Assembly: GCA_963749075.1 (NCBI GenBank)
Contig: CAVVLJ010000020.1
Location: forward strand, 64,001 to 128,000
Length of the DNA: 64,000 nt
Source: an uncultured Pseudomonadota bacterium
Lineage (GTDB): Bacteria; Pseudomonadota; Alphaproteobacteria; JACZXZ01
Direction of reading: 5' to 3'
The notes under the pieces are model-generated. The model did no database searches, was not told the DNA's origin, and was given only the letters and a program-made list of their open reading frames with translations. A program made the translations under genes and the position numbers. Shown piece by piece: positions 42,918-54,422 of this stretch (the stretch's first letter is position 1; the number at the start of each line of letters is the position of its first letter).

Positions 42918-43891
42918 TGCGCATCCCTGCTGTTTTGCCCGGGGCCGTTATGCTCTTGGCCGTCCGGCGTCCGCTCCATGTCGCGGTGGATGAGCGTCGC
43001 GCGCGCGCCGAGCGCGCCCAGCCACGCCGCGAGCCGTGAAGCTACCACGACCGAGCGGTGCCGGCCGCCGGTGCAGCCGACCGCGATGGTGAGATAGCTC
43101 TTGCCCTCGCGCTCGTAGCGCTGCAGGAGCGGCTGGAGCCAGCCCTCGAGCCCGGCGAGAAAGCCGGCGAAGCTCGCATCGCGCTCGACGAAGGCCGCGA
43201 CGCGCGGATCCTCGCCCGTAAGCGGGCGCAGCTCCGGCACGTAATGGGGATTGTCGAGGAAGCGCACGTCGATCACGAGGTCGGCCTCGCGCGGCAGCCC
43301 GCCGCGATAGGCGAAGGAGAGCACGGTGACGGCGAGAGCGGAGCCGCGCCCGAGCGCAAAGGAGCCGCCGATCACGCGCTTGAGGTCGCCGAGCTTCATG
43401 GCGGTGGTGTCGATCACCACGTCGGCCCGCTCCCTGAGCAGCACCACCATGGCGCGCTCGCGGCGGATGCCGTCGGAGACCGGGCGGTCGTCGGCGAGCG
43501 GGTGGCGCCGGCGCGTCTCGGTGAAGCGCCGCTGCAGCACCTCGTCGTCGCAATCGACGAAGAGCACGCTCACGGCGGCATGCCGCTCCTTGAGCCGGTC
43601 GATCTCGCGCAGCAGCGGGTCGACGGCGAAATCGCGCGTGCGGATGTCGATGCCGATGGCGAGCGGTCGGGCCAAGCGGTCGCCCGGACGCACGAGCGTG
43701 GCGAGGAGCGAGAGCGGCAGGTTGTCGACGGCCTCGTAGCCGAGATCCTCGAGCGCCTTGAGCGCCGTCGAGCGGCCGGCGCCCGAGAGCCCGGTCACCA
43801 GCACCACGCGCGCGGCCGCGGGCCGAGGTACGGGCGGACTCTTGGCGGATGCTGGGGCTTGCGCATCGGGCGAGGCTGCCGCTCTGCTCAT
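42914..43891 (-). CDS. rapZ: RNase adapter RapZ
   Basis: TGLSGAG, DNLP, ETRRRHP, DVRFL.NP, GCTGGRHRSV. Confidence 0.95.
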   Translation of the reverse strand: MSRAAASPDAQAPASAKSPPVPRPAAARVVLVTGLSGAGRSTALKALEDLGYEAVDNLPLSLLATLVRPGDRLARPLAIGIDIRTRDFAVDPLLREIDRLKERHAAVSVLFVDCDDEVLQRRFTETRRRHPLADDRPVSDGIRRERAMVVLLRERADVVIDTTAMKLGDLKRVIGGSFALGRGSALAVTVLSFAYRGGLPREADLVIDVRFLDNPHYVPELRPLTGEDPRVAAFVERDASFAGFLAGLEGWLQPLLQRYEREGKSYLTIAVGCTGGRHRSVVVASRLAAWLGALGARATLIHRDMERTPDGQEHNGPGQNSRDAQ

Positions 43892-44322
43892 GGCGCGGCC
43901 ATTATAGTCCCGCCGAGGCTGCGCACGGCAAGGCGCACTTTGGCCGCCGCCGAGGCCTCGGTGGCGACCAGCCGGACGAGCGGCAGGCGGTGCTCGAGAT
44001 AGCTGCAGAAGCGCTGCTCGGGCAGGCGCTCGACCTCTTCGAGCGGCACCAGATCGACGACGAGGGAAAGCGTCACCTCGGCCAGGGCCGCCACCCTGAT
44101 GATGCCGAGGCCGCGCACCTCGATCTTGCCGGCGATGGGCTTGGGCGAGGAGGCGATGACGGCACCCCCCGCCGCGCGCAGGTTCACCCGGTCGTCGGCG
44201 ACGAGACGGGCGCCGCGGTCGATGAGGCGCAAGGCGAGGTCGGACTTGCCGCGCCCCGACGGCCCGCGCAGCAATACCCCTCGGCCCTCGAGCTCGACGC
44301 AGGATGCGTGAACCTGGATCAT
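43888..44322 (-). CDS. hprK: HPr kinase/phosphorylase (short alphaproteobacterial form)
   Basis: HASCV, G.SG.GKSDLAL, LVADD, IEVRGLGI. Confidence 0.9.
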   Translation of the reverse strand: MIQVHASCVELEGRGVLLRGPSGRGKSDLALRLIDRGARLVADDRVNLRAAGGAVIASSPKPIAGKIEVRGLGIIRVAALAEVTLSLVVDLVPLEEVERLPEQRFCSYLEHRLPLVRLVATEASAAAKVRLAVRSLGGTIMAAP

Positions 44323-44430
44323 CGGCAGCCCCAAGGCGCCTCCAGCATGGTCGGCGCGTTTGCAACCGGCGTGCCTGCAACCGCCAGTGCAACCGCCGGG
44401 CCGGGAGGGTGGCGTCGGCGGTGCCTCCTG

Positions 44431-46173
44431 TCAATGCCGGGGTGAGCCGTTCTCCTGCAGCGCCAGCGGCAGGCCGACGATGAAGCGGGCGCCGGTGACG
44501 CGGCCGGCCTCGTCATGGCGGTTCTCGGCGCGGATGGTGCCGCCGTGGACCTCGACGATCTGCTTGGAGATGGAGAGGCCGAGGCCGGAATGGGTGCCGA
44601 AGCTCTCGCCCCGCGGCCGCTCGCTGTAGAAGCGCTCGAACACCGCCTCGAATTTGCCCTCGGGCAGGCCGGGGCCCTCGTCCTCGACGCGCGTCTCGAC
44701 CATGTCGCCCGCGGCGTGCGCCGAGAGGCTGATGACGCCGCCCGGCGGGCTGAAGGAGATGGCATTCTCGATCAGGTTGCGGAACACCTGCGCGAGCCTG
44801 CCCTCGATGCCGCGCACGACGACATGCTTGGCCTTGAGCGGCGTGAGCCGGAAGTGCACCCCGCGCTCGGCCGGCGAGGCCTCGTAGACCTCGACGAGGG
44901 TGGCAAGGAGGCCGCCGAGCTCGACCGGCTCCGTCGTGGCGCGCGACAGCTCGGCATCGAGGCGCGAGGCGTCGGAAATGTCCGAGATCAGCCGGTTCAA
45001 CCGCCGCACGTCCTCGGCGATGATCGCCATCAGGCGGCGCTGCTGCTCGGGCTCCTTGACGCGCGCCGCGGTCTCCACGGCGCTCTGCAGCGAGGAGAGC
45101 GGGTTCTTGATCTCGTGCGCCACGTCGGCGGCGAAGCGCTCGATGGCGCCCATGCGTTGGCTGAGGAGCTCGGTCATGCGCTTGAGCGCCTGCGAGAGAT
45201 CGCCGATCTCGTCGCCGCGCGCCGCGAAGTCGGGAATCTCGGCGGCACCCAGCTCGCCCGAGCCGATGCGCTCGGCCGCCTGGGCGAGGCGCCGGATCGG
45301 GCGCACGATGGTGCTGCCGAGGTAGATGGAGACGAGGCTCGTGAGGAGGAGTGCGAAGGCGAACGCCTTGAGGATCTCGAGGCGCACCGAGCGCATCGCC
45401 GCGTCGATGGCGGTCGACGACTGGGAGACCATGAGGGCGCCGACCACGCGGCGGTAGCGCTGCACCGGCACCGCGACCGAGAGGATCATGCCCTCGGGGT
45501 CGTTGTCGTAGACGGCGTGCGCCTCGACGCCGGCGAGCGCCTTGGCGGCCTCCGGGTAATCGCTCGCGTGCTGCTCGGGCCGCTCGCGGTAACGCGGCAG
45601 CGCGCCGAGGCCCGGGATGGCGCGCACCAGCCGGTCGTAGGTGCTGTCGAGGAAGTGGCCGATCGGCGACTCGGCGGCCGGCGGCGGCAGCTCCTCGACC
45701 TGGACGGCGCCGCCCGGGCCGGCGAGGTAGCGGCTGTCGGCGATGAGCTCGCCCGACGGGAGGAAGAGCCGCGCGCGCGCGCTCGTCGGCTCGATGAGCC
45801 GGCGCAAGAGAAGGCGGCTCTGCTCGGGCATGAGCGCGAGCGTGTCCTCGCCGTCGCCCACCACGGCACTCTCGCCCAAGGCGCCGGCGAAGATGCGCGC
45901 CTGGGTCATGAGCGATTGGAGCTCCGAGGCGATCAGGCTGCGCTGATACTCGCCGAGATAGGTGACGCCGATGACGAGGATGATGAGGGCCGCGACATTG
46001 AGGAGGAGGATGCGCTGGGTGAGCGGCGAGAGGATGGCGAGGCGCCGGGTGCGCCGGCGCCACAGACGGAAGAGCGCCGGTGCGCTGCGCTGGCGCACGC
46101 GCGCCTCGGCGGCCGGGGCATCGCCGGCCCCGGGCGCTGCCGCGCGCTCCTCGGGACTTGTCTCGACCGCCAT
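44431..46173 (-). CDS. chvG: Sensor histidine kinase ChvG/ExoS
   Basis: Two TM segments, HAMP, FAADVAHEIKNPL, NAISFSP, RFYSERP..FG.HSGLGLSI; conserved position. Confidence 0.92.
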   Translation of the reverse strand: MAVETSPEERAAAPGAGDAPAAEARVRQRSAPALFRLWRRRTRRLAILSPLTQRILLLNVAALIILVIGVTYLGEYQRSLIASELQSLMTQARIFAGALGESAVVGDGEDTLALMPEQSRLLLRRLIEPTSARARLFLPSGELIADSRYLAGPGGAVQVEELPPPAAESPIGHFLDSTYDRLVRAIPGLGALPRYRERPEQHASDYPEAAKALAGVEAHAVYDNDPEGMILSVAVPVQRYRRVVGALMVSQSSTAIDAAMRSVRLEILKAFAFALLLTSLVSIYLGSTIVRPIRRLAQAAERIGSGELGAAEIPDFAARGDEIGDLSQALKRMTELLSQRMGAIERFAADVAHEIKNPLSSLQSAVETAARVKEPEQQRRLMAIIAEDVRRLNRLISDISDASRLDAELSRATTEPVELGGLLATLVEVYEASPAERGVHFRLTPLKAKHVVVRGIEGRLAQVFRNLIENAISFSPPGGVISLSAHAAGDMVETRVEDEGPGLPEGKFEAVFERFYSERPRGESFGTHSGLGLSISKQIVEVHGGTIRAENRHDEAGRVTGARFIVGLPLALQENGSPRH

Positions 46174-46195
46174 CGCGCTTGGCGCCGAGCCTTGC

Positions 46196-46903
46196 TCAGC
46201 TCTCCTTGTAGCGGTAGCCGATGCCATAGAGCGTCTCGATCTGGTTGAAGCCGTCGTCGGCGGCCTTGAGCTTCTTGCGCACGCGCTTGATGTGGCTGTC
46301 GATCGTGCGGTCGTCGACGTAGATGTGCTCGCCATAGGCGGCGTCCATCAGCTGGTCGCGGCTCTTGACGAGGCCCGGCCGCTGGGCGAGCGCCTTCAGG
46401 ATGAGGAACTCGGTGACCGTGAGGTTGACCGCACTGCCCTTCCAGCTGCACAGGTGCCGGCCGGGATCGAGCACGAGCTCGCCGCGCACCACCGTGCCCT
46501 CGCCGTTGCCGCTCTCGCCGGCCCCTTGCGCGAGCTCGCTGCGGCGCAGGAGCGTGCGGATGCGCTCGATGAGGAGGCGCTGGGAGAAAGGCTTGGTGAT
46601 GTAGTCGTCGGCCCCCATGCGCAGGCCCAGCACCTCGTCGACCTCGTCGTCCTTGGAGGTGAGGAAGATGACCGGCATGGCCGTGGTCTTGCGCAGGCGC
46701 GAGAGCAGCTCCATGCCGTCCATGCGTGGCATCTTGATGTCGAGGATGGCGAGATCGACGGGCTGCGCCGAAATCCCGCGCAGCGCCTCGTCGCCGTCGC
46801 TGTAGCTCTTCACGGCAAAGCCCTCCGCTTCGAGCGCCATGGCGACCGAGGCGAGGATGTTGCGGTCGTCGTCGACGAGCGCGATGGTGCGCTTGAGCGG
46901 CAT
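46196..46903 (-). CDS. chvI: Response regulator ChvI
   Basis: [47 protein letters not shown]. Confidence 0.95.
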   Translation of the reverse strand: MPLKRTIALVDDDRNILASVAMALEAEGFAVKSYSDGDEALRGISAQPVDLAILDIKMPRMDGMELLSRLRKTTAMPVIFLTSKDDEVDEVLGLRMGADDYITKPFSQRLLIERIRTLLRRSELAQGAGESGNGEGTVVRGELVLDPGRHLCSWKGSAVNLTVTEFLILKALAQRPGLVKSRDQLMDAAYGEHIYVDDRTIDSHIKRVRKKLKAADDGFNQIETLYGIGYRYKES

Positions 46904-47083
46904 CACGTCCTCTCTTGCGGCCGGGAGGCTCGGGGATTGCCGCGCGGTGGCGCTTGGCTCGTCCCCTCTTGCCCGGATCGTCCGGACATATTGTGTCAAA
47001 GTCGTGGCATTTCCACCACCTCCCGCCGCGCCCTCCGAGAGCGCCCATTGACGGCCGGGACCGCCTGGCCGATTGTCCCTTTC

Positions 47084-47830
47084 ATGGCCGATCGGGGAAG
47101 CGCCGGGACGCCCTCGCCCGGGGACGAAGCGCGCCGGCTCATGCGCGCGGCGGACCGGGCGACGCTTGCCACCAGCCTGCAGCGCGCGGGCCGCGAGGGC
47201 TGGCCCTATGCCTCGCTCGTCATGGCGGCACTGGCGCCCGATCTGAGCCCGCTCCTCCTCCTCTCGGACCTCGCCGACCATGCCAAGAACATCGCCCGGG
47301 ACGCCCGCGTCTCGCTCCTCTTCGACGGCACGGGCGGCCTCGAGGAGCCGCTGACCGGCCCCCGCTGGACACTCCTCGGGCGCGCCCGCGAGAGTGCCGC
47401 GGCCGGGGATAGGGCGCGCTACCTGAGGCGCCATCCGAGTGCCGAAAACTATATGCAGTTCAAGGACTTCCGCCTCTATCGCGTCACCCCGGAGAGCGGC
47501 CATCTGGTGGCCGGCTTCGGCCGCATCCATTGGCTCGAGGCAAGGGATTTCCTGCCCGAGGGCAAGGCGGCTCCGGCCCTTGCCGAGCAAGAGGCCGACG
47601 TCCTCAAGCACATGAACGGGGACCATGGCGATGCCGTGGCCCTCTACGCGCGGAAGCTCCTCGGGCTCGCCGGCGAGGGCTGGGTCATGACCGGCATCGA
47701 CCCCGAGGGCATCGACCTGCGCGCGGGCGGCCGCACGGCGCGCCTCGCCTTCGAGCGCCCGCTCGGCGGCGCCGCGGACGTCCGCCCGGCGCTCGTGGAG
47801 CTCGCCCGGCGGGCCAGGGAAGAGGGCTAG
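47084..47830 (+). CDS. HugZ/PNPOx-like protein with C-terminal DUF2470
   Basis: [34 protein letters not shown]. Confidence 0.85.
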   Translation: MADRGSAGTPSPGDEARRLMRAADRATLATSLQRAGREGWPYASLVMAALAPDLSPLLLLSDLADHAKNIARDARVSLLFDGTGGLEEPLTGPRWTLLGRARESAAAGDRARYLRRHPSAENYMQFKDFRLYRVTPESGHLVAGFGRIHWLEARDFLPEGKAAPALAEQEADVLKHMNGDHGDAVALYARKLLGLAGEGWVMTGIDPEGIDLRAGGRTARLAFERPLGGAADVRPALVELARRAREEG

Positions 47831-47963
47831 CCCCCCGGCTCACGGCCGGCTCATGGCCGTTGCGCGGCCGGGGTGCCGCTTGTATCTTCGCCGCCTGCCA
47901 ACGCGAGGGACCGGCAGGGCGCTTGAAGCGGTCCCCGATGCATCGTCAAGTCGGGAGGAAGCC

Positions 47964-49574
<1,611 letters not shown>

Positions 49575-49712
49575 GGGGCCGAGCCGCGTCTCTCTCGCCT
49601 GCTGACAAGCGCCAGACCGACGAAGCTCTCAGCGGAGGGAACGCCCCGCTTTCCGGCAGGACCTGTCGCCGGACTGAAGGAAACCGCTGCCGCTTGCCAA
49701 CGGCACGACCGT

Positions 49713-50282
49713 TCAGTTTTCGCCTCTGCGCAACCTGATGCGGCTGGTCCGCCATGCGGCCCAGTCGACCGGCTCGGAGTCGAGGACGCTGAGGTCGGCA
49801 GGGGTGAAGCGCTCCGTGAAGATCACGAGGTTCTGGCAATGCCATCGCGCGCTCGGGGCGAGAATTCCATCGAATCCGAGAAACGCGGCGGCATCGCCGA
49901 TCTCCCGGGTCCGCTCGTAATTGAGGCTTCTATAGGAGTCCATCGTCACTCCTAAGGCCTCTATGGCTGCCAGATCGGCGATCCGCAAGGTCCGACTGGT
50001 CCTCACCGAGATGCGATGCAGCACCGACCTGATCTTTGACGGGAAAACCGGCTGGCGGCTGAGGTGGAAGTGCATCTCCTCGAGCGCGCCGTCGCGCTCC
50101 AACGATGTGTAGATCACGTCGAAGGTGCCGGGATCCCATCGCGCCGCCGCAGGATAACCCTCTAACGGGTGGCGCTCCTCGCGAACGACGCGCCAGACAT
50201 GCCCTTCGAAGGCCACGCCCTGATGTGCGTCCAACGCATCGAGCAGGGCCAGATCACGCGCCTGCCGATTTGCCGCTGCCAT
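49713..50282 (-). CDS. RES-domain toxin (second copy)
   Basis: WRVVRE, RWD, YTSLE..GA.EE..FH, APSAR..NLV.F. Confidence 0.88.
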   Translation of the reverse strand: MAAANRQARDLALLDALDAHQGVAFEGHVWRVVREERHPLEGYPAAARWDPGTFDVIYTSLERDGALEEMHFHLSRQPVFPSKIRSVLHRISVRTSRTLRIADLAAIEALGVTMDSYRSLNYERTREIGDAAAFLGFDGILAPSARWHCQNLVIFTERFTPADLSVLDSEPVDWAAWRTSRIRLRRGEN

Positions 50283-50283
50283 G

Positions 50284-50622
50284 TCAAATATAGGCGCCGG
50301 CGTCCAGACGCTCGATCACGGCGAGAACCTCCTCGGTCCGGTCCGCGTTGACGAGGTCGATTGCCCGCTGGTTGTTCAAAAGCGGATGGCGCGAATGGAG
50401 CCAGAGCCGCGTTTCATCGGGGGTATAGAAGTCCGACAGCCGATCGACGACATAGCGTAGGTCGGCGATGACGGTCTGCGTCCGTAGGCTCGGCGACCCA
50501 TTGCCATGCGACCAGCGCGAAACGGTGGCTGTGGACACATCGACAATGTTGGCGATGTCCTTTCCTTGAAGTCCGCCGCGCGATCGCAGATCGTCGAGAA
50601 TTCTGGCAACCGCCGTGCTCAT
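50284..50622 (-). CDS. HTH + Xre/MbcA/ParS antitoxin
   Basis: DIANIVDVSTATVSRW HTH; RLWL.SRH.LL...RAIDL. Confidence 0.85.
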   Translation of the reverse strand: MSTAVARILDDLRSRGGLQGKDIANIVDVSTATVSRWSHGNGSPSLRTQTVIADLRYVVDRLSDFYTPDETRLWLHSRHPLLNNQRAIDLVNADRTEEVLAVIERLDAGAYI

Positions 50623-50791
50623 GGGATCACCGATGGCATGACGCGGCGAGGGATGAGGGCCCGCTCCGGTAAGGACCTCCAATTGAATGCACGATGTTAC
50701 GAAACAGTTTCAAGGCTGTCAAGTCGTGTAATCAAAACGGGCGGCCTCCTCCCCCGAGCATTGCTGCCGTGAAGCCCAAGCTGCCCCCCTT

Positions 50792-51607
50792 TCACTCGAA
50801 CTGGGCGAACTGCTCGGCGCGCCAGGCGAGTGCCGCTTTGAGGCCCTTGCTGCGGCGGATCTCGTCGAAGGTGTCGTTCTCGAGCGTGCCGCCCGCGTGC
50901 ATGAGGCAGGCCGCCTCGGCGCCATAGGCGAGTGCGGAGCGCAGCCCCATGGTCTCGAAGGTGTTGTTGATGACGCGCTTGTTGGTCTGAAGGCAGCTCA
51001 ATGCCACGCGCGACATGCGCTTGGCGATCTTCATGGTTTCGGCGGCGAGCGCCTCCTTGGCGAAGACGCGGTCGACGAGGCCGAGGCGATGGGCCTCCTC
51101 GGCCGTGATGATGTCGCCCGTGTAGATGAGCTCGCGCGCGCGGTTGCCGATGATCCAGGGCATGATCATGGTGACGATGCTGCCCGCGAAGCGCGCCTCG
51201 ACCGCGCCGAAGCTCGAATCCGCCGAGCAGTAGCGCAAGTCGCAGCATTGCGCGAACTCGAGGCCGCCCGCGAGGCAGTATCCGCTGATCATGGCGATCA
51301 CCGGCTTGCTGCAGTTCCAGACGCAATAGGTGAAGTCGAGGTCGCCCTTGAAGCGCGCCGTCCATTCGGCCGCGGTGCGCTTCGGCGCCTCGGCCGACTC
51401 CTTGAGGTCGTAGCCCGCGGAGAACGCCTTGCCGCCGGCGCCGGCGATCACGATGACCCGCACCTCGGGGTCGCCGTCGGCCGCGGCGACCGCCGCCTTG
51501 ATCTCGCGGATGAGGGCGAGGCTGAAGGCGTTGAGCCGCTCCGGCCGGTTGAGCGTGATGACGGCCACCCGGTCGTCCGCCGCATAGAGAAGCTGATCGT
51601 AGGTCAT
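50792..51607 (-). CDS. Enoyl-CoA hydratase/isomerase family protein
   Basis: ITLNRP..LNA, FSAGYDL, KPVIA..G.CLAGGLE. Confidence 0.92.
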   Translation of the reverse strand: MTYDQLLYAADDRVAVITLNRPERLNAFSLALIREIKAAVAAADGDPEVRVIVIAGAGGKAFSAGYDLKESAEAPKRTAAEWTARFKGDLDFTYCVWNCSKPVIAMISGYCLAGGLEFAQCCDLRYCSADSSFGAVEARFAGSIVTMIMPWIIGNRARELIYTGDIITAEEAHRLGLVDRVFAKEALAAETMKIAKRMSRVALSCLQTNKRVINNTFETMGLRSALAYGAEAACLMHAGGTLENDTFDEIRRSKGLKAALAWRAEQFAQFE

Positions 51608-52443
51608 CGTGACCTCCCTGGTTCGAAGGCGTCCCTCGCGCGCCCGGGGCCGAAGCGGCTGCGGACGAGCTCCGCCACGACGAGAATGGCGGTCGAAAGT
51701 GCGATGAGAAGCGTCGAGACCGCGGCGATGGTCGGGCTGATCTCGAAGCGGATCGCCTCCCACATCACGCGCGGGAGCGTCATGGTCTCGGGGCCGGCGA
51801 GGAAGATCGAGATCACCACCTCGTCGAAGGAGATGAGGAAGGAGAAGAGGAGGGCCACCACCACGCTCGATCGGATGAGCGGCAGCGTCACCGCGAGGAA
51901 GGCGCGCACGCGGTTGGCGCCGAGGCCGACGGCCGCGTCCTCGAGCTGGCGGTCGCACTGCTCGAGCGACGCGCCGATCACGACCGTGGCATAGGGAAAG
52001 GCCACCACCATGTGGCCGAGCATGAGGCTCGCGAAGGTGCCGCTCAAGCCGAGCCGCACCATCATGTAGTAAAGCCCGGCCGCCAGCACGATGACCGGGA
52101 CCACGAGCGGCGCCATGATGAGGGCGTTGAGCGCCTGGCGGCCGGGAAAGCGGTAGCGCGTGAGCACGACGGCGGCACCGATGGCAAGCACCGTGGACGC
52201 AAGCGCCACCGCCGCCGCGAGCTCGAGGCTCATCCAGCTCGCGGCGATCCAGCGCGCGCTGCCGAAATAATCGCGGAACCAGCGCAGCGACCACTGCCGC
52301 GGCGGAAACTGCATGAAGGCCGAATTGTTGAAGGCGGTTGCGATCACCATGAGGAGCGGGCCGCCGAGGAAGGCGAGCACGAGGGCGACGAAGGCGCGGA
52401 GCGCCGCCGCCGCCGCGGCGAAGGGATCGAGGAGCGCCCTCAC
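51604..52443 (-). CDS. PotC-like ABC permease
   Basis: FPP..SLRWF, PLVVP, EDAA..LGA, SFDEVV. Confidence 0.9.
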   Translation of the reverse strand: MRALLDPFAAAAAALRAFVALVLAFLGGPLLMVIATAFNNSAFMQFPPRQWSLRWFRDYFGSARWIAASWMSLELAAAVALASTVLAIGAAVVLTRYRFPGRQALNALIMAPLVVPVIVLAAGLYYMMVRLGLSGTFASLMLGHMVVAFPYATVVIGASLEQCDRQLEDAAVGLGANRVRAFLAVTLPLIRSSVVVALLFSFLISFDEVVISIFLAGPETMTLPRVMWEAIRFEISPTIAAVSTLLIALSTAILVVAELVRSRFGPGRARDAFEPGRSR

Positions 52444-53363
52444 TTGACCGCCGCCCTCGACTGGAAGAGGCGGGAGAGGCCGATGCCGGCAAGCGCTAGG
52501 GCGAGGAGTGTGGCCGCCAGCGCCGAGCCGAGGCCCCAGTCGACCGTCTCGGTGAAGTAGGTGTCGACCTGCATGGCGATGGTGATCTCGTGGCTGCCGC
52601 CGAGAAGCGCCGGCGTCACGAAGAAGCCGAGCGCCACCACGAAGATGAGCGTCGCCGCCGCCCACACGCCCGGCATGCTGAGCGGCAGGAAGACCGCGGC
52701 GAATGCCTTGAGCGGGTCGGCGCCGAGGCCCTGGGCCGCCTTGAGCAGGCGGAGGTCGATGCGCTGCATGGCGGTATAGAGCACGAGGATGTTGACCGGC
52801 ACCAGGTAATGGACGAGGCCGATCAGCACGGAGGCGAGGTTGAAGAGAAGCGGCAGCGGCTGGGAGACGAGATGCAGCCAATCGACCAAGAGGGTATTGG
52901 CCGCGCCGTTCTTCTGCAGGATCAGGATCCAGGCGTAGCAGCGGATGAGGACGTTCGTCCAGAAGGGCACCAGGATGACGGCGAGCATGATGCTGCGCGT
53001 GAGCGGGCGCACGACGAGGAGCGTATAGGCGACGGGATAGCTCGCCGCCATGCTCGCGATCGCGCTCAGGATCGCGATCTTGAAGCTGATCCAGAAGACG
53101 AGGCCGTAGACGGGCACCGTCGCGATGCGCCGGTAGAATTCAAGGGTGAAGCCGGGCGCGAGGAAGCTCTGGCGCAGTATGAGGGCGACCGGCACCGCGA
53201 AGAAGACGGTCATGAGAAGGGCGCTCGGCAGTGCCAGGAGCGCCGGCCCCGCCCGCCTGGCGCAGCGGTCGGCGAGGCTCGCTCGCGGCGAAATCGCCCA
53301 GCCGCCGCCTGCGGAGGCCCCTCCGGCCGGCGAGGGACTTGCGGCTATTTCGCGAGCTTCCAC
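52440..53363 (-). CDS. PotB-like ABC permease
   Basis: YPVAY, PFWT..LIR.YAW, KAA..LGA, FFVTPALLGG; start uncertain. Confidence 0.88.
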   Translation of the reverse strand: MEAREIAASPSPAGGASAGGGWAISPRASLADRCARRAGPALLALPSALLMTVFFAVPVALILRQSFLAPGFTLEFYRRIATVPVYGLVFWISFKIAILSAIASMAASYPVAYTLLVVRPLTRSIMLAVILVPFWTNVLIRCYAWILILQKNGAANTLLVDWLHLVSQPLPLLFNLASVLIGLVHYLVPVNILVLYTAMQRIDLRLLKAAQGLGADPLKAFAAVFLPLSMPGVWAAATLIFVVALGFFVTPALLGGSHEITIAMQVDTYFTETVDWGLGSALAATLLALALAGIGLSRLFQSRAAVK

Positions 53364-54409
53364 TGATTGAAGCGCTCGGTCAGCGCCACGATGTTCTCCG
53401 CCCAATAGGCGTCATTCCGCGGGATGAGCTCGCCCTTCTGGAAGTGGTAGGTGGGCAGCGCCTCGCGCGTCTTCTCGTCGAGCAAGTCGAGCGCCTTGAG
53501 GTTCGACGGGCCGATCTGGCTCGCGCGCGCGTGCTCGGCCTGGTGCTGGGCATCGAGCATCCAGCTCATGAGCTTGAAGGCGTTCGCCTTGTGCTTGGCG
53601 CCGTGCGGCACCGAGAGGTAGTCGGTGCTCATGAGGCCGGCCGGGCTCGGATTCCAGATTTGGTAGATCGGCGTCGAGCTGTCCTCGGCGAGGAGCTCGC
53701 GCACCACGTCGTGGGAGGTCTCGGTCGCGACATACTCGCCCGAGGCGAGCAGGCTCGCACCCTGCGGCCACTTGTCCCACCACACGATGTCGCCCTTGAT
53801 CTGCTCGAGACGCTTGAAGGCGCGCTCGACGTCGAGCGGATAGAGCTTGTCCGCCGGCACGCCGTCGGCCATGAGCGCCACCTCGAGCGTCTCGCGCGGC
53901 GAGTTGTACATGCCGCGCTTGCCGGGAAATTTCTTGAGATCGAAGAGATCCGCCCAGCTCGCCGGGCCCTTGCCGGCGGGGAAGGCCTTGGTGTTGTAGG
54001 CGAGCGTCGAGGCGAAGGTCTGCACCCCCACGCCGTATTTGCCCTTGATCGAATCGGGGATGCCGTCGGTCTTCACCGCGCCGTAGTCGATGGGCTCCCA
54101 GAGCGAGCCGCCGGTGGTCGCCTGGTTCTGCCAGAGGCCGAGCGCCTGCACGAGGTCCCATTCGACGTTGCCGCTGTCGACCATGGTCTTGATCTTGGCG
54201 AGGTTGAGGTCGGAGACCTCGACGACCTTGATCCCGGTCGCCTTGGTGAAGGCGTCGAAGTAGTAGGCGCGCTCGGACTTGAGGATGGGGCCGCCCCAGC
54301 CGCCGAAGATCACCACATCGTCCTCCGCCATCGCGGGGAGCGGGAGCGCCAGCGCGAGCGCCGCCGCGGCAAGTCGGAGCGTGCTGCGGCGTCGGATGAG
54401 GTGGGCCAT
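53345..54409 (-). CDS. PotD/family-8-like ABC substrate-binding protein
   Basis: Signal peptide with RRR, GWGG, FTKATGIKV, SWADLFD..FPGKR, ALMADGV..LYPLD. Confidence 0.9.
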   Translation of the reverse strand: MAHLIRRRSTLRLAAAALALALPLPAMAEDDVVIFGGWGGPILKSERAYYFDAFTKATGIKVVEVSDLNLAKIKTMVDSGNVEWDLVQALGLWQNQATTGGSLWEPIDYGAVKTDGIPDSIKGKYGVGVQTFASTLAYNTKAFPAGKGPASWADLFDLKKFPGKRGMYNSPRETLEVALMADGVPADKLYPLDVERAFKRLEQIKGDIVWWDKWPQGASLLASGEYVATETSHDVVRELLAEDSSTPIYQIWNPSPAGLMSTDYLSVPHGAKHKANAFKLMSWMLDAQHQAEHARASQIGPSNLKALDLLDEKTREALPTYHFQKGELIPRNDAYWAENIVALTERFNQWKLAK

Positions 54410-54422
54410 GACGGTTCCTTTC

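Noticed and set aside
45962-47830. 622-aa ORF ending in the HugZ domain
   Set aside because: The 5' part is antisense to chvG/chvI. The real start is about 47084.
49600-49700. Glycine-riboswitch-like words (CTCTCAG, GAAGG) after pckA
   Set aside because: The motifs are in the wrong order and lie between convergent 3' ends, with no downstream gene to control.
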